Source: Nemertoderma westbladi (lineage: Eukaryota > Animalia > Xenacoelomorpha). Taken from it: DNA of 39,905 bases. The notes below the pieces were generated by a model. That model was not told the origin of the DNA and did no database searches. It saw only the letters and a list, made by a program, of their open reading frames with translations. The DNA lies in NCBI GenBank assembly GCA_032718475.1, contig JAUCBJ010005780.1, forward strand, positions 1 through 39,905, written 5' to 3'. Of the stretch, positions 1 through 12,470 are shown piece after piece. The stretch's first letter is position 1. Each line of letters opens with the position of its first letter. The translations under genes and the position numbers were made by a program.

Positions 1-992
1 CGTCCAAGTGGCCGGGAATACCAAACCCGCGGGTTTGGTTCCCGAACCACTTCTCTAACGCTTCTGGCGTCAGATACTCCATGGAAGGTCGATCTCCAAA
101 GTCTCCAATGTTCTGTCGGTATACTCCCTCGAAGATTGCTAATCCCTTTCTGACCATTGATGTGTTATCCAAAGATTGGTTGAAGAACGGGGTTAAGAAA
201 CGCTTCATCACATCGGATTGAATGTCTCCCTTCGATCTGATGTATTGATCTCCTCCAAACACCAACAGATGGCGCTTCAAAACTCTCGCAACTATATCCG
301 TTATCAGGCAAATTACCAGGCAATGAGAAATACTGCAACGAAGCGTGAGGTGGTGCGAAGATGTTCCAATATACCAAAGCTTGCTGCTTGAAATGGGATT
401 TGAACTCATCTCCCGGCGGCGTGTTATATTCACCGTACGCCTCCTCATACTTCTTCTGCGTCTTCAACTTAAAATCCCAATTATACAATAAATGCGCTAT
501 AAAACCCATACCAGTCTTGGCAGAATTTGGGTACTCTCTATTAATCCCAACATCCTGTGACCATAGCAGTACTAGTTTCGTATCGACAAATGGTCTCAGC
601 AATCGGTCCTCCGGGTCCGCCCTAGCATTGAAATCACTCTTTAAATCGCTTTGGACACCTGATCCCACCTTGACATAATCTTGGTTGAGGATCGCCTCCC
701 TAACCTTCTTGGGCAACATCCTCGCATCTATTCGCTCCGCTCCATGCATACCTCCTCGCCTACATACCTCTAGAATCTGCTCCCGGGGATCCTTCCCGCA
801 TCTATATTGGGTCGTTATGATTGGCTCCGGTCTGTCCCGGTCCGCTCTCACGCGCATGAACACGTGGGTTTTACCATCGGCTGCTCGGATTTGGATACAT
901 TTGCTCATCAGGCACTCTTGGTGAGACCCTCCCTCATTATCATAGAACATTAATCGCCAGTCCTCTAATGACTCCTCCGCCTTTAACCGGAT
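1..992 (-). pseudogene. DEDD 3'-5' exonuclease domain (WRN/EXD2/Mut-7-like) ORF, probably frameshifted, continuing past the left window edge
   Basis: ORF 165..950 has YDNEG (ExoI DxE), then 'CIQI', 'LPKKVREAILNQDYVKVGSGVQSDL' (ExoII region), 'FVDT' and 'GMGFIAHLL', in the motif order of WRN-type exonucleases. The frame stays open upstream to ~992. From ~340 a second minus-strand frame (LVICLITDIVARVLKRHLL...GFGIPGHLD) is open to base 1. No clear ExoIII YxxxD seen. Confidence 0.65.
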
Positions 993-1039
993 TTAACCTA
1001 ATATTGTTTTTTGCTATATTAGATTTCTATTATATTATA

Positions 1040-3565
1040 ACCCTTAATAATACAACCATTTTTAGGGGGTCGGAGCCCCCCCCCCCCTAATTTTTTTCAA
1101 ATTTCAATAAAATACTACGAAATTTGGTATGATGATAGATCGACACCTTTTCTTACTGGTGGCCTGGCCGGATTTTTCAATTTCTCAGTTATTTCCATAC
1201 AACAAGCCCTTAAAAAAATGTATATTTAGCAATGTTTAACCACCTCCGTAGACTTTATTTTACGTCTTTGAAATGTAATCTGGATATCATTAGAACCGCC
1301 TTCGTCTGTAGATTCCGAATCTGAAAACCGTTTTAAATTTAACCAAAAATTGGTAAAAATATTATCAAAATACTAATGTGTAAATTTAGGGACGTAAATC
1401 GCTATAATAGGGTTGGTGACTCAAAAAAAATTTTCTATAAACACGTTCATAAAATGTAAAAAGGTGTGCTGATCACGAATCTGAAAACCGTTTTTAAATT
1501 CATCGAGTTCCGGCTGAGATTGACGGGTTTATACACAAGCGCGGGAAAATCTTAGTTTAAACGCTCTGATTTACTGTACACTTACTGTTCCACTTTGTCG
1601 CTAGACAACGCTAACAACATTCACTAGCTAACAGCATACAGTTTACTATTGTTTGATGTAGGCTAATTTTAGTTATAAAGATTAAGAATTTATATTATTA
1701 GTTAGACACAACAATGTAATGTTCATTGTTTAAGATTATTTTTATTCGTTTGTAGCGACACTGTAGGGGTTGTCTTCCTTGTATTATAGGCCTACTGTAT
1801 TCACGAATGTTATTAGGGCTACAAGTTTTGGACCTTATTCTTTCTGTAAAAATGCTTTAAACCATCTCCACAGTTTTTTTAATCCTGAAATTTCACATCG
1901 GATTTAAACGCATTTATGATAATATCACAGTGTATTGCGATTATGTTCTAGAACACGATTGATAGCGATACACATACAGTATGTACTATGTTTGTTTATT
2001 TATAGCAACATATTTAGCCATATTAAACCCACACATAACCAACGAATGCGGATATATTTAAAAATATTGAAACACCATGAGCACGAAATGAGAGTAAAAA
2101 TAAATAGGAAATTGAAAGAGAATAATGGTCCAAATTTATTGAACTCACCTGTGTTCGCACACAGCAACACAACATTGAAAAAGAACTTGAAAAAATAGTT
2201 TACCTGGATTTGTTCTACTTGAGTTCATGCAAATTGGGAACAAAACACGTTCTTATTGAACGGTGATATTTCGCCATGTTTGTGTTGCTGTCAGTGTGCG
2301 AAACTGCAAACACAGCTGATTGATAAAGTTGATAGATAAAGTTGGACCTTATATTTTCTTTCAATTTCCTATTTATTTTTACTATGTTTCAATATTATTA
2401 AATATATCCGCATTCATTGGTTGTGTGTGGGTTAATTTTAATATAGCTAATATGTTGCTATAAACAAACATAGGTATAGCTATCCATCACCACCGTGTTC
2501 TAGAACATAATCGGAATACACTGTGATTATTCATAAATGCGTTTCAAATCCGATGTGAAATAATTTCAGGTTTAAAAAAACTGTGGAGATGGATTATTAC
2601 CATTATTACAGAAAGAATAAAGTCCAAAACTGGTATGTAGCCCTAATAACATTCGTGAATACAGTACGGTAGGCCTATAATAATAGGAAGACAACCCCTA
2701 CAGTGCCGCTACAAACGAATAAAAATAATCTTAATCAATGAACATTACATTGTTGTTTCAAACTAATAATATAAATTTCTTAATCTTTATAACTAAAATT
2801 AGCCTACATCAAACAATAGTAAACTGTATGCTGTTAGCTAGTGAATGTTGTTAGCGTTGCCTAGCGACAAAGTGGAACAGTAAGTGGTACAGTAAATCAG
2901 AGCGTTTAAACTAAGATTTTCCCGCGCTTGTGTATTAACCCGTCAATCTCAGCCGGAACTGGATAAATTTAAAAACAGTTTTCAGATTCGTGATCAGCAC
3001 ACCTTTTTACATTTTATGAACGTGTTTATAGAAATTTTTTTTTTGAGTCACCAACCCTATTCTGATGTTTGTTGTCTTTATTCTAGAATAGTAATTATTA
3101 TTTAGCTGAGCGTTTAAAACTCTCCATCTTGTTTTTTCATTACCCATAATTAATATTCTAGAATTGATTAAAAAAAACATTAGAATTATAGCGATTTACG
3201 TCACAAAATTTTACACCTTAGTATTTTGATAATATCTCTGGAAGTTATTGATGAATTTACCACGGGTTTCAGATTCGGAATCTGCAGATGAAGGCGGATC
3301 TAATAATATCTAGAATTCATTCCAAAGACGAAAAATAAATCCGACGGAGATGGCTAAATATTGCGAAATAGACGATTTTTAACGGCTTGTTGTATCGAAA
3401 TAGCTCATAAATTAAAAAATCCGGCCAGGCCACCAGTAAGAAAAGGTGTCGATCTATCATCATTCCAAATTTCATAGCATTTTATTGAAATTTGAAAAAA
3501 AATTAGGGGGGGGGGGGGGGGGGGCTCCGACCCCCTAAACATGGTTGTTGTACTGTATTAAGGGT
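1040..3565. mobile_element. Non-autonomous foldback DNA transposon (near-complete palindrome, ~1.1-1.3 kb arms)
   Basis: Termini are TA|ACCCTTAATA...TATTAAGGGT|TA. 1040-2175 is the reverse complement of 2277-3565 around a ~100 bp loop. An extra ~125 bp (3062-3185) is in the right arm only. No coding capacity. Confidence 0.85.
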
Positions 3566-3572
3566 TATGATG

Positions 3573-6500
3573 TATATAAGTCTATTATGGTAGGCAGGAT
3601 ATATTGGAGGTTATCCTTTGATGTAATAATCGCTGTTTTAGTCTATATAAGTCTATGATAGGCAGGATTCATTGGAGTTATCCTTTGATGTAATAATCGC
3701 TGTTCTAGTCTATATAAGTCTATGATAGGCAGGATGCATTGGAGTTATCCTTTGATGATAATAATCGCTATTTTAGTCTATATAAGTCTATGATAGGCAG
3801 GATGCACTGGAGTTATCCTTTGATGATAATAATCACTATTTTAGTCTATATAAGTCTATGGTAGGCAGGATGTATTGGAGTTATCCTTTGATGATAATAA
3901 TCACTATTAGTCTATATAAGTCTATGATAGGCAGGATGCACTGGAGTTATCCTTTGATGATAATAATCACTATTTTAGTCTATATAAGTCTATGGTAGGC
4001 AGGATGTATTGGAGTTATCCTTTGATGATAATAATCGCTATTTTAGTCTATATAAGTCTATGGTAGGCAGGATGCACTGGAGTTATCCTTTGATGATAAT
4101 AATCACTATTTTAGTCTATATAAGTCTATGGTAGGCAGGATGCATTGGAGTTATCCTTTGATGATAATAATCACTATTAGTCTATATAAGTCTATTATGA
4201 TAGGCAGGATGCATTGGAGTTATCCTTTGATGTAATAATCGCTGTTTTATTCTATTTAAGTCTATGGTAGGCAGGATGCATTGGCAGTTATCCTTTGATG
4301 ATAATAATCGCTATTTTAGTCTATATAAGTCTATGATAGGCAGGATGCATTGGAGTTATCCTGTGATGATAATAATCACTATTACTCTATATAAGTCTAT
4401 GGTAGGCAGGATGCATTGGAGTTATCCTTTGATGATAATAATCGCTATTTTAGTCTATATAAGTCTATGATAGGCAGGATGCATTGGAGTTATCCTTTGA
4501 TGATAATAATCACTATTAGTCTATATAAGTCTATTATGATAGGCAGGATTCATTGGAGTTATCCTTTGATGATAATAATCGCTATTTTAGTCTATATAAG
4601 TCTATGATAGGCAGGATGCATTGGAGTTATCCTGTGATGATAATAATCACTATTACTCTATATAAGTCTATGGTAGGCAGGATGCATTGGAGTTATCCTT
4701 TGATGATAATAATCGCTATTTTAGTCTATATAAGTCTATGGTAGGCAGGATGCATTGGAGTTATCCTTTGATGATAATAATCGCTATTTTAGTCTATATA
4801 AGTCTATGGTAGGCAGGATTCATTGGAGTTATCCTTTGATGATAATAATCGCTATTTTAGTCTATATAATTCTATGATAGGCAGGATGCATTGGAGTTAT
4901 CCTGTGATGATAATAATCACTATTACTCTATATAAGTCTATGGTAGGCAGGATGCATTGGAGTTATCCTTTGATGATAATAATCGCTATTTTAGTCTATA
5001 TAAGTCTATGGTAGGCAGGATGCATTGGCAGTTATCCTGTGATGATAATAATCGCTATTTTAGTCTATATAAGTCTATGGTAGGCAGGATGCATTGGAGT
5101 TATCCTTTGATGATAATAATCGCTATTTTAGTCTATATAAGTCTATGGTAGGCAGGATGCTTTGGAGTTATCCTTTGATGATAATAATCGCTATTACTCT
5201 ATATAAGTCTATGGTAGGCAGGATGCATTGGCAGTTATCCTGTGATGATAATAATCGCTATTTTAGTCTATATAAGTCTATGGTAGGCAGGATGCTTTGG
5301 AGTTATCCTTTGATGATAATAATCGCTATTTTAGTCTATATAAGTCTATGATAGGCAGGATGCATTGGAGTTATCCTGTGATGATAATAATCACTATTAC
5401 TCTATATAAGTCTATGGTAGGCAGGATGCATTGGAGTTATCCTTTGATGATAATAATCGCTATTTTAGTCTATATAAGTCTATGGTAGGCAGGATGCTTT
5501 GGAGTTATCCTTTGATGATAATAATCGCTATTTTAGTCTATATAAGTCTATGGTAGGCAGGATGTATTGGAGTTATCCTTTGATGATAATAATCGCTATT
5601 TTACTCTATATAAGTCTATGATAGGCAGGATGCATTGGAGTTATCCTGTGATGATAATAATCACTATTACTCTATATAAGTCTATGGTAGGCAGGATGCA
5701 TTGGAGTTATCCTTTGATGATAATAATCGCTATTTTAGTCTATATAAGTCTATGGTAGGCAGGATGCATTGGAGTTATCCTTTGATGATAATAATCGCTA
5801 TTTTAGTCTATATTAGTCTATGGTAGGCAGGATGCTTTGGAGTTATCCTTTGATGATAATAATCGCTATTTTAGTCTATATAAGTCTATGGTAGGCAGGA
5901 TGCATTGGAGTTATCCTTTGATGATAATAATCGCTATTTTAGTCTATATAAGTCTATGATAGGCAGGATGCATTGGAGTTATCCTGTGATGATAATAATC
6001 ACTATTACTCTATATAAGTCTATGGTAGGCAGGATGCATTGGAGTTATCCTTTGATGATAATAATCGCTATTTTAGTCTATATAAGTCTATGGTAGGCAG
6101 GATGCTTTGGAGTTATCCTTTGATGATAATAATCGCTATTTTAGTCTATATAAGTCTATGGTAGGCAGGATGCATTGGAGTTATCCTTTGATGTAATAAT
6201 CGCTGTTTTAGTCTATATAAGTCTATGGTAGGCAGGATGCATTGGAGTTATCCTGTGATGATAATAATCACTATTAGTCTATATAAGTCTATTATGATAG
6301 GCAGGATGCATTGGAGTTATCCTTTGATGATAATAATCGCTATTTTAGTCTATATAAGTCTATGGTAGGCAGGATGCATTGGAGTTATCCTTTGATGTAA
6401 TAATCGCTGTTTTAGTCTATATAAGTCTATGGTAGGCAGGATGCATTGGAGTTATCCTTTGATGATAATAATCGCTATTTTAGTCTATATAAGTCTATGG

Positions 6501-9362
6501 TAGGCAGGATGCATTGGAGTTATCCTTTGATGTAATAATCGCTGTTTTAGTCTATATAAGTCTATGGTAGGCAGGATGCATTGGAGTTATCCTTTGATGA
6601 TAATAATCGCTATTTTAGTCTATATAAGTCTATGATAGGCAGGATGCATTGGAGTTATCCTGTGATGATAATAATCACTATTAGTCTATATAAGTCTATG
6701 GTAGGCAGGATGCTTTGGAGTTATCCTTTGATGATAATAATCGCTATTTTAGTCTATATAAGTCTATGGTAGGCAGGATGCTTTGGAGTTATCCTTTGAT
6801 GATAATAATCGCTATTTTAGTCTATATAAGTCTATGGTAGGCAGGATGCATTGGAGTTATCCTTTGATGATAATAATCGCTATTTTAGTCTATATAAGTC
6901 TATGGTAGGCAGGATGCATTGGAGTTATCCTTTGATGATAATAATCGCTATTTTAGTCTATATAAGTCTATGGTAGGCAGGATGCATTGGAGTTATCCTT
7001 TGATGATAATAATCGCTATTTTAGTCTATATAAGTCTATGGTAGGCAGGATGCATTGGAGTTATCCTTTGATGATAATAATCGCTATTTTAGTCTATATA
7101 AGTCTATGGTAGGCAGGATGCATTGGAGTTATCCTTTGATGTAATAATCGCTGTTTTAGTCTATATAAGTCTATGGTAGGCAGGATGCATTGGAGTTATC
7201 CTTTGATGATAATAATCGCTATTTTAGTCTATATAAGTCTATGGTAGGCAGGATGCTTTGGAGTTATCCTTTGATGATAATAATCGCTATTTTAGTCTAT
7301 ATAAGTCTATGTATGGTAGGCAGGATGCATTGGAGTTATCCTTTGATGATAATAATCGCTATTTTAGTCTATATAAGTCTATGGTAGGCAGGATGCATTG
7401 GAGTTATCCTTTGATGATAATAATCGCTATTTTAGTCTATATAAGTCTATGGTAGGCAGGATGCTTTGGAGTTATCCTTTGATGATAATAATCGCTATTT
7501 TAGTCTATATAAGTCTATGGTAGGCAGGATGCATTGGAGTTATCCTTTGATGATAATAATCGCTATTTTAGTCTATATAAGTCTATGGTAGGCAGGATGC
7601 TTTGGAGTTATCCTTTGATGATAATAATCGCTATTTTAGTCTATATAAGTCTATGGTAGGCAGGATGCTTTGGAGTTATCCTTTGATGATAATAATCGCT
7701 ATTTTAGTCTATATAAGTCTATGGTAGGCAGGATGCTTTGGAGTTATCCTTTGATGATAATAATCGCTATTTTAGTCTATATAAGTCTATGGTAGGCAGG
7801 ATGCTTTGGAGTTATCCTTTGATGATAATAATCGCTATTTTAGTCTATATAAGTCTATGGTAGGCAGGATGCATTGGAGTTATCCTTTGATGATAATAAT
7901 CGCTATTTTAGTCTATATAAGTCTATGGTAGGCAGGATGCTTTGGAGTTATCCTTTGATGATAATAATCGCTATTTTAGTCTATATAAGTCTATGGTAGG
8001 CAGGATGCATTGGAGTTATCCTTTGATGATAATAATCGCTACTTTAGTCTATATAAGTCTATGGTAGGCAGGATGCATTGGAGTTATCCTTTGATGATAA
8101 TAATCGCTATTTTAGTCTATATAAGTCTATGGTAGGCAGGATGCTTTGGAGTTATCCTTTGATGATAATAATCGCTATTTTAGTCTATATAAGTCTATGA
8201 TAGGCAGGATGCAGTGGAGTTATCCTTTGATGATAATAATCACTATTTTAGTCTATATAAGTCTATGGTAGGCAGGATGCATTGGAGTTATCCTTTGATG
8301 ATAATAATCGCTATTTTAGTCTATATAAGTCTATGGTAGGCAGGATGCTTTGGAGTTATCCTTTGATGATAATAATCGCTATTTTAGTCTATATAAGTCT
8401 ATGATAGGCAGGATGCACTGGAGTTATCCTTTGATGATAATAATCGCTATTTTAGTCTATATAAGTCTATGTATGGTAGGCAGGATGCATTGGAGTTATC
8501 CTTTGATGATAATAATCGCTACTTTAGTCTATATAAGTCTATGGTAGGCAGGATGCTTTGGAGTTATCCTTTGATGATAATAATCGCTATTTTAGTCTAT
8601 ATAAGTCTATGTATGGTAGGCAGGATGCATTGGAGTTATCCTTTGATGATAATAATCGCTACTTTAGTCTATATAAGTCTATGGTAGGCAGGATGCTTTG
8701 GAGTTATCCTTTGATGATAATAATCGCTATTTTAGTCTATATAAGTCTATGTATGGTAGGCAGGATGCATTGGAGTTATCCTTTGATGATAATAATCGCT
8801 ATTTTAGTCTATATAAGTCTATGGTAGGCAGGATGCATTGGAGTTATCCTTTGATGATAATAATCACTATTAGTCTATATAAGTCTATTATGATAGGCAG
8901 GATTCATTGGAGTTATCCTTTGATGATAATAATCGCTATTTTAGTCTATATAAGTCTATGATAGGCAGGATACATTGGAGTTATCCTGTGATGATAATAA
9001 TCACTATTACTCTATATAAGTCTATGGTAGGCAGGATGCATTGGAGTTATCCTTTGATGATAATAATCGCTATTTTAGTCTATATAAGTCTATGGTAGGC
9101 AGGATGCATTGGAGTTATCCTTTGATGATAATAATCGCTATTTTAGTCTATATAAGTCTATGATAGGCAGGATGCATTGGAGTTATCCTGTGATGATAAT
9201 AATCACTATTAGTCTATATAAGTCTATTATGATAGGCAGGATGCATTGGAGTTATCCTTTGATGATAATAATCGCTATTTTAGTCTATATAAGTCTATGG
9301 TAGGCAGGATGCTTTGGAGTTATCCTTTGATGATAATAATCGCTATTTTAGTCTATATAAGT
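3573..9362. repeat. Tandem satellite, 68-bp unit, about 85 copies
   Basis: Consensus TATATAAGTCTATGGTAGGCAGGATGCATTGGAGTTATCCTTTGATGATAATAATCGCTATTTTAGTC, repeated head-to-tail with variants of roughly 66-72 bp and no unique spacers. Confidence 0.98.
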
Positions 9363-12300
9363 TTGCGAGAGGATAGAGAAAGAAAGAGGGCGGGGAAGCG
9401 TATGCGGGATGATATGCATGCCCGGTTGCTGGGGCTTATGCAATATCAGGCCAAACAGAAACGCCGATTAGAACTGGCGTAGTTGGGGCTATCTGAGAGT
9501 GAGGCTGGCTCGGGTAGTATTTACGAGGAGCCAGAGGTTATAGAAACGTTTGTTAATGCCCCATTTACAGGGACTGGACAACAGACCCAAGACTGGTGTA
9601 GCCGTACGGGCGGGGGGGTATAACAATACGTTAGAAAACGTTAATATTAATAGTACCGTAGTAGATAACCCTAACCAAACTTTCATTGCAGGAAGTAATA
9701 TTTTGCCCGATAATAGTAATTTAAATCCGAACGACCCTAATCTAAAAGTACATAGTAATCCAAATAATTCAAATAATAATCTAGATCCGAATATACAAAA
9801 TAATTCAAATAATTTAAATTTAAATACGCAAAATAATCTAAATAATCATTTTACTTCAAACGAACAAAATAATCCCGATTCTAATTCAAATATACAGAAT
9901 AATTTAAATAATAGTCCGAATTCAGCAGATAATAATTCTAATAATTTAAATAATTCAGAAAATAATATTAAAAATGGTGCTATTAATATAAACGCGGCAA
10001 ATGTAGATGGCCCGGCAAACGAGAGCCTGTTAGGCCACGTAGTTAGTATGCAGGGAGTGGCGGGGTTGAGTCAACCCGACAGGAGCCTGCCAGGCAGCGC
10101 AGTGATAGAGGGAGAGGCGGGGGTGAATAGACCCAGTCGCAGTAGAGATAGTGCGTCGACTAGAGGGGTGCGCAGAGGCAAAGTGAGAGATAGTGAAGCG
10201 ATAGGTGGCGAGTGGGGGGGGGGGGGGGGGGGGGGGCTATAGGAGCCCTACAAAGAGAGATTAGCGGCAGTTAATGGGGGGGGGGGGCAGAGAGTGTCCC
10301 ACAGGCGTCGGCGGATAATGCGCGGGGCGAATTAGATGAACCGCAGCACCCGGCGATGGAGAATAGTAGGGGGATTACGAATATCCCCAGCGGTGTGCGA
10401 CCGGGTAGAGAGAGAGAGGTTGGCGTCGCGAGAGGGCGAGCGACGAGACGTCGAGCCCAGTCAGAAGAGGGAAGAAGAACAGTGGAGTTTAACCGGGAGG
10501 TCAACGAGAGAACTCGCGAGCGGGGACGCTACACTGCAGAGAGAAGAAGAGAAGAGAGTAGAAGAAGTGTCATTGCGAGCGACAGGAGAGCGAGGACGGA
10601 TAGCGAGCCATCGGTAGTAGAGATGGAGTTTGAGAGTCGGTGGGGTCGAACTCCGGGAGATTGCCGTCGTCCCGGAGAGACGCAACCTGGCGAGGTGTAC
10701 TATACGCCGAGAGAGGGGTACAGGGCGTACCGGTACGAGAATAAAAGAGGGGATCGAAGAGAAACTTCCCGACGGGATATAGCTACTGATCGAGGATACG
10801 TTAGCCGCGGGGAGGACTTCTTGGATTATTCGAGAAGGTTAAACTTCGGTCCGGAGGGACACATACAGACTGCAGGACATACTGTAGGCCTTACTGCACA
10901 TACTATAGGCCATGCTGGGAGAGATAGTGTAGGCGATAGGGTAGCGCGGACGATGGGATTAAACCCGGAAGTCGCGGTGTACATACCGGTAGGTAGGCCA
11001 GAAGTGGATAGGCCTATACCGGTACCAGCACAGCAGTATGACTATAGCATGCAGGGACATAACATATATCCAGGGGAGGGGAGAGTTATTGCGGATAGGT
11101 GTATGGGCCCCAATATATTAACAGCAACCCCAGTACCAAACATACCACCGGTGGGGGGGGGGGGGGGGGGGGGGGCAGGGTGACATTCCCCCATTACAAT
11201 ATCAACAATACACTCAAACAGAAATAAGAACATCGAACCCCCTGGACGAGAACAGATCTTGCGACACGGAAATATGGAGGGGGCCGTTACCCCCAATGGT
11301 ATATCCGATGCAATGAAGAGCAACAGACAGGACGGGCGGACCACACCCAACGGGAGAATCTGTACAGCATCCTTCGAACCCATTGGAAGCACAGGCAATG
11401 GGAATGGCTACATTAATCGATGCACTTAAGACCAGGATCGAGCTACCACCCGTGGAGCCATTTAAATTCGACGGAAGTAGGCCGGAAGAATACCTGCAAT
11501 TTCGGCGCATGTACAGCAATGAGATATTAACCAAGAACCTGATGCAGGCGGAGTGCCTAAAATATCTACAGGTATATACAGGAGGCCCAGCGTACGACAT
11601 CGTGAGGCAGTATCAGGGCATCGAGGGTGGCTTCACGACAGCATGGCGGGCCCTAGACAGGGAATACGGGCACCCGGCCAAGATCATCCGGCAGACCCTG
11701 AGGGGTATAACATCGGGTGGCCTACAGGATAACCCCGTTAGCATAAAGACGTTTGCGAACAAAGTCGAGAAGGCGCTAATCGTGTTGAAGACGCTAGACG
11801 CGCCATACGAACTCAACGCATCTAATAACATCACCACGATAGCACAGGCACTGCCGATCTGGCTGCGCAATAAGTGGAGAAAGATCGCTTTCTCCACCCG
11901 AGAGAAGAAGGGTGCGGAACCGGGCCTAGAAGAAATGTCGAGCTTCCTCAACTACGAAGCCGAATTAATCACGGACCCAGTCTACAGCGAGGATAGTCTG
12001 GGGAAGGCGCCGAGGGCCGAATACAACATGCCGAAACCAGAGCATAACGCGGCAAATGCGTTGCCAAAATTAAGACAATCCCTGCCATACGCGGCGACAC
12101 AGGGGACTGCAAGTCCACAGATAGCTGGAAGTGGGGCCAGACTGTGGCACGAACAGGGACAAAATAACAACATGAACAAATATAACCCCAACACACCCAG
12201 TAGGCCAAATAACCAAAACACTAAGCCGGCAGATGTAAACCTACGCGCAATACGTGTAGGGTTATATAGGGAACGCTACAACCCAGAATATAAATGTCAA

Positions 12301-12470
12301 TTACATAAAGACAGAACCCATAAGACCATGGACTGTAAGCATTGGCAAGCGTTACCCGAACAGGATCGGAAGGCCTATGCGGATAAGAATGGAATTTGTC
12401 ACCGATGTGTGATAGGGGGACACAAGGTTGAGGAGTGTAAAGAAACACCAATTAAGTTCGGTCAAGGCAA
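9363..12470 (+). pseudogene. gag: BEL gag: Asn-rich and Arg/Glu-rich N-terminus, DUF1759-like core, Cys/His knuckles
   Basis: ORF pieces 9550..10242, 10356..11183 and 11383..12681. Knuckles CQLHKDRTHKTMDC and CHRCVIGGHKVEEC. Stops and frameshifts lie next to poly-G runs. Confidence 0.85.

Noticed and set aside
4264-9303. Many 63-89 aa ORFs (MELSFDDNNRYF...)
   Set aside because: They are artefacts of translating a 68-bp repeat, which is not a multiple of three, and most use TTG starts.
3573-9362. CRISPR array
   Set aside because: Units are contiguous with no unique spacers, there are no cas genes, and the context is eukaryotic.
3573-9362. Satellite monomer as a hammerhead (TTGATGA...CGCTAT-TTTA-GTC spacing)
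   Set aside because: It lacks CUGA and GAAA and cannot form stem I; the resemblance is only in spacing.
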